NCBI GenBank assembly: GCA_032718475.1
Contig: JAUCBJ010002763.1
Span: 13,009 to 77,008, forward strand
Direction of reading: 5' to 3'
Length of the DNA stretch: 64,000 nt
Source: Nemertoderma westbladi
Taxonomy: Eukaryota > Animalia > Xenacoelomorpha
The notes beneath the pieces are model-generated. The model did not search any database. It worked only from the letters and a program-made list of their open reading frames with translations, and was not told the DNA's origin. Position 1 is the first letter of the stretch; each line of letters begins with the position of its first letter. This document shows, piece after piece, positions 55,601 through 61,600 of this stretch. A program made the translations under genes and the position numbers.

Positions 55601-58600
55601 TAAACGGGGACGACAAACCCCAAAGGGCCACACACAAAGGGGGTCAGAGGTTACACCTCCGGGAGAGGGAAATTGACAGTGGAGGGGGAAAACACTCCCA
55701 GAGAGATGAGAGGGCGAGAATTAGGTTAACAGCCAATGGGGGGGGGGGGGGGCGGGAGAGGCATCATCTGGGTAGGAAGGCCAATAGTGCAATATAACCA
55801 GTTGGTGTTCTCATATTATAGTTCAGTTATCTAGTCAGTACAGTTAGGGCAGGATGGTGACTTTTATTACCATCGTCGCCACCACCATCAGCAATTATTC
55901 TGTTGTGTTTTACTGCATTACAGGTTATCTATGTTTATCCTTTATTCTGTTATTATATATTTATACGGATCAACAATATCAGAACTCTCGCGAGGTTCGC
56001 GAGGTTCGCGACATCTTAAAAGGATCCGGGTTTAACCTAACCAAGTTCCAATCCAGCTCGCAAGAGTTCATGAAAGCCATAGAGGACAGGAGGCCAGAAT
56101 CGACCACGGATAATCCCACGACAGCCAAGGGACAAGACATGGCGAACAAGAGGATAGAGTCCCAACAGAAGGCACTAGGGATCGTGTGGAATCGAGAGAC
56201 AGACGAACTGAAGTACCAATTGAGCCAGGCGGGCGCAGACATCAACACAAAGAGGGGCTATGTGTCATACATAGCAAGGATATATGATCCCTTAGGCCTA
56301 GCATCCCCATTACTAGTCACGGGGAAGCAAATACTTAAGAAGGTATACAAGCTAAAGGAAGAGTGGGACACAGAGGTACCGGAAGAGATCAGCAAGCAGT
56401 GGTGCAAGTGGACAGAGAGTTTAGAGCAGATGGGAATATATAGCATGCCACGCGTGTATTTCCTGGATGGGGACATGATGAATCTGGATCTACATATGTT
56501 CTCCGATGCATCATTAGAGGCATACGGAGCGGCATTCTACTTAGTACAACGAGAGGGGGTTCACAAGCCCAGACTCGCATTCAGCAAAGCAACGTTGACA
56601 CCGCCAGATTCAGCATCGGTTCCGAAACTCGAGTTGACAGCTGCGAGGTTAGGAGTTAGGGCCACAGCCTACTTGATGGACGCTATTTCCAACATAGTGG
56701 AAACACACTACTGGACGGACTCCATGGTAGTGCTTGGTTGGCTACATAACGAAAGGATGAGATACCCTATATTCATCGCAAACAGGGTGGACGAAATAAG
56801 GGCAACGACAGAGTTAGAAAGGTGGCACTACTGCCCAACGGACGAGAACCCAGCGGACTTGTTATCGAGGGGCGTGGCACGCCACACTTTCTTGAAGAAG
56901 GAAGTACTGTGGCAGCACGAGCCACAATTCCTGAACGACAGGACAGCCTGGCCACCGATGAAGAAGGTGGACCCGGGCTCAGAGGACGTAGAACTAGAGA
57001 AGGAAGGAGCTGATTCAGAAGCTGAGGAGATATATAGCCAGATGGTGAGGGAGATAAGGGATGTGCAACCAAAACCGGAAGAACTGTGCGACAACCCGAC
57101 GGACAAACTTCTTAGCTACAGCTCAAGTTGGTACAAGACCAAGAAGTTAGTGGCGTACTGGAGAGCCTTCGGGGACTTCCTAAAGGGGGTCGTAAAAGAC
57201 ACCAAACGTTGATCTGGAAGGAGCGGCCAGGGCCATGATCCATCACAAACAAAGAAAGAACTACGGCGACGAGGTGGAACGAATCGGTAAACAGCAACAC
57301 CTCCGACGGGACAGCGAGCTGATCGCGCTGTCGCCACAACTCAATGACGATGGGATCTTAGTCATGAACTCTACAGTGCTAAATAATAACAGCCTCATTA
57401 TACCACCAAAACCCATCATCATTCCTAATAAATCGCCAATAGTGCACCAGATCATTTGGGACTCCCACAAGTCGATATTGCACGGGGGCACCAACCGGAC
57501 CCTCACGGAGATACGGAGGACCTTTTGGATCACACAGTTGAGGAAGAAGGTAAAGGCGGTAGTGGAGCAGTGCCAGACCTGCAGACGGGCGAAGAAGGAG
57601 CGGGCCATACAGGAGATGGCGCCATTACCAGCCAGCAGGGTGAGACAACACGACCCGCCATTCATACACTGCGGTGTAGATATGTTCGGGCCGATAAAGA
57701 TTAAGGTGATGCGGCACACAGAGAAGCGTTACGGCATTATCTTCGTATGTAATAACACACGGGCGGTAGGGATAGAACTCACCCAAGACGCAACCGCGTC
57801 GGCATTCATCAATGCCCTAGAGAGGTTCAGGGACCGCAAAGGTGGGACGATCGCAGTAATATACTCCGATAATGGAACCAACTTTGTGGGGGCGGAGAAC
57901 GAGATGGCAGAGGCCTTGGATATCCTGGAAGGGGAGGAAGTCAGGGCAGCCATGAGAAGACGACAGGTTAAGTGGGATAGGAGGACGCCATATGCTCCGC
58001 ATACTCTAGGATGCATCGAGAGACTTGTGGGTAGTTCCAAGCGTCTGATGACGAAGTTGATGAACGCCCACATGGTAACAGAGGACGTACTAAGGACAGT
58101 ACTAGCAAAGTGTGAGGGTATCATTACTAGCAGACCGCTATATCCAGAAAATGATGACCCAGAGTCATTAGATGTGCTGACGCCCAGTCACTTTCTAATG
58201 GAAAGGCCGGCGACCTTCGACATGTGGGGTGTAGACCCAGACGATATACACTCCCGACAAAGTTGGAAAGTCGCTAAGGCGATAAGCGCGGAGTACTGGA
58301 GGAGGTGGGTCGAGGAATATCTACCCACACTTCATAGAAGGAGCAAGTGGAGGAACACCACTAGGGAGTTAAAGGAGGGTGATCTGGTGATCGTAACGGA
58401 CGACACCATCATCAACAACCAATGGAGATTGGCGAGAGTTGTGAGCACTTACTCCGATGAGGACGGAAGAGTACGATCGCTAGAAGTGCGGGCAGGTGGT
58501 AAGATAGGGGTGAAAGATAGAAAGACCTACAGGAGGGCTGTAGGAAAGTGCTGCCTGCTAGAGGGCGCACCTTAGTCGAGTTGAGTTTAGTCGTCCAAAT

Positions 58601-61600
58601 GTTGGACTGAGGGGGGTGGGATTGAGGGCGAGACGCCCTTCCCCATACATAAAAATAAAAATAAAAATAAATAAATAAAAGAGAATAAGAGAAAGGAAAG
58701 TAATAGAAAGTAGTAATAGTACATAATAGGTACGTAGTAAGTAAGTAGGCAGATAGAAGTTAGTAAGAGTTAGTTAGTAAGAGGGTACGTAGTACCATTA
58801 GTTAGAGAGTTAGTTAAGTAGTAAGAGGGTACGTAGTACCGGTTAGTAAGAGTTAGTGGAGTTAGAAGTTAGTAAGAGGGTACGTAGTACCGGTTAGTAA
58901 GAGTTGGTGGAGTTAGAAGTTAGTAAGAGGGTATGTAGTACCGGTTAGTAAGAGTCAGTGGAGTTAGAAGTTAGTAAGAGGGTACGTAGTACCGGTTAGT
59001 AAGAGTCAGTGGAGTTAGAAGTTAGTAAGAGGGTACGTAGTACCGGTTAGTAAGAGTTAGTTGTAGAGCTAGTTAGTAAGAGGGTACATAGTACCAGTAG
59101 TAGGAGTTAGTAGAGAAGTTGGTAGGAGGGTACGTATAGTACCGTTAGTAGTAAGAGTTAGTGGTAGGAGGATATGTATAATATAAGATATAGTGAGAGT
59201 TAGTAGAGATTAGTTAGGAAATTAGTAGAGTTAGTAGTAAGTAGCCAGAGGGGGGCACGTGGGTGCAACTGGATAAATCGTGTAGGCCACGCGATACATA
59301 CTGCTGTACTGCACAAGTCCATAGAGTAGACTAGAATATAGATTATAAAACAGAATAATCCATTAGTAGATAGGGTTATAGCACAGAACAGGGGAAAATA
59401 GGGATAAAACAAAATTAAAACAAAATCAAGAATATCAGGATCACCTCCGAACTAAGAAGAGCCTTCAAGGTGGCCTTCAAAGGTCTGGTAGACCTGGGGC
59501 TGAAGGGCGAGTCAGTGCAATACAACAGCCGGCATCTAGTAGACAGGGAGGTGGATACACATATCACGTGGGAGAAGTTGGAAGCTGATAGATTTGAGGA
59601 GAAGCGACTGGAAGAAGTCGCCAGGCGAGAAAGGCCGAGAGAGAATGACTCGTGTTATGTAGACGAGTATATAATATAATATATGATAATAATAGCCATA
59701 TAATAATTATATAAGTAATTCGTATATATATTATAAAGTATGTACCGTAGTCAAGCACAACCTTTTTCCAATTAGCTACTGGGACGGGGGATTAATTGAC
59801 TAGGGCGACAGGACGGGACTTGGACGGCTCCCACTGACATGAGCGCTCATGTGTGGGGCCCGATAAGTGTGTAAGGGACGAAAGCGAGAATGGGAATCGG
59901 GGGGGGGGAGAATGAAGAGGAGGTTTTTTTGACAGCATGACGGGAAGTGAGAGGAGTGCGATTCGGGTGTGGGGAGCGAGTAAGATAGAGTGGAGAGGAG
60001 TTAAAGTTGAGTAGTGAGGAGAGTTTAAAAATTGTGTGAGAAAATGCACAATCGGCCCGACACTGAGACACCAGATGTCTTGGTGCAACATAGCCGAAGT
60101 TGCACCAAGAGAGGGTAACAAATATCATACCCATAGGGAGCGGCCTGGAAAGCCGGCTCCGAAGAAAATAACTCCACCCCACGCCCGATAGTAAATCGGG
60201 ATCCAGCGGAATTGTAGCGCACTAGAGGTGGATGCTATCTTCTCACCGGGAAGATAGCATGGGGGGGAGTGTTAGCGAATTCAATTCCGCTAACCACCCC
60301 ATAAAGTGGGAAAGAGCGCCTTTAAGCAATATTGGGGAGTACGAGGTTGATTAACAACCAACCTCGTATCACCCCCAATAAACGGGGATGACAAACCCCA
60401 AAGGGCCACATACAAAGGGGGTCAGAGGTTACACCTCCGGGAGAGGGAAACTGACAGTAGAGGGGGAAAACACTCCCAGAGAGATGAGAGGGCGAGAATT
60501 AGGTTAACAGCCAATGGGGGGACGGGAGAGGCATCATCTGGATAGGAAGGCCAACAGTGCAATATAACCAGTTGGTGTTCTCATATTATAGTTCAGTTAT
60601 CTAGTCATTACAGTTAGGGCAGGACAGTGACTTTTATTACCGTCGTCGCCACCACCATCAGCAATTATTTTGTTGTGTTTTACTGCATTACCCGTTATCT
60701 ATGTTTATCCTTTATTCTGTTATTATATATTTATACATACGGATCAACAATATCAGAACTCTCAATCTATCGACAAACCCTTTTCACACACGGTGGGGAC
60801 GCGTAAATAAAATAACCAGTCGGGATTCTCGGATCCCGTCACAACCACACACTAGATCCAACATAGTGTCCTACCTGTAATATATATAAGTCACACGTAC
60901 ATTTACCCGCCAACAACACAACATAACGGAACGGTTTACACATAAATATTACTTTACTCCCTTGAAGCAGTTTATAGTGCCGAAGCTATATTCTTACAGC
61001 TCATCAGCTACACTTGTGTAGCTGAGGAGCCAAATCCCGGCGAAACACATATGCAAAAATGTAACCAATGTGACAATTTTACTTACAGTATTTAAACAGG
61101 GTTGCGCTTTGTGTCCCTGCTTAAATAAAACGAGGACTACTTACGGTTGAACAGATAGAAACATGTTGTTTCTCTGTTTCCAAATAATGTTACTTGCTTC
61201 CAAATAATGTTACTTGCTTGATATTGGTCTGTCAAAAACATAATTCGTTCAACTCAAAATTATATTTAAGAGACCGGATCATGCTGAACATGGTTGTTTA
61301 TAATGCCTTCCTATTATTTAATTTTCATTATAATTAGCAACCATGCAGTAGACAAATTATCTCATATAGTGTTGCTAAGGAAATGATTGCTTATTTGATC
61401 TGGAATGCAATACTATTTTGTTTATATGTATGTGTGTGTGTTTAGCTGGTTTTTGGTGTAGTTAGTTTGATTAACATGTGTCCTGCACGGGTTAGTGTAG
61501 CTGATGAGCCAAATCCCGGCGAAACACATATGCAAAAATGTAACCAATGTGATAATTTTACTTACAGTATTTAAACAGGGTTGCGCTTTGTGTCCCTGCT

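Larger units (their letters stand above)
55492..60843 (+). mobile_element. Second BEL/Pao element, TG...CA, TSD ACCAC, with gag, protease and most of RT deleted
   Basis: LTRs 55492-55989 (3'-truncated) and 60270-60843; PPT ggggggga before the 3' LTR; ACCAC at 55487-55491 and 60844-60848. Confidence 0.93.

Noticed and set aside
55854-55989. Hydrophobic signal-like N-terminus on the BEL-2 pol ORF
   Set aside because: It is LTR sequence placed in frame by the deletion; the other LTR lacks the ATG
60960-61012. Minus-strand hammerhead (gtgtagctgatgagctgta...)
   Set aside because: Stem II is followed by TTCG rather than GAAA and there is no stem III; it looks like an inversion junction
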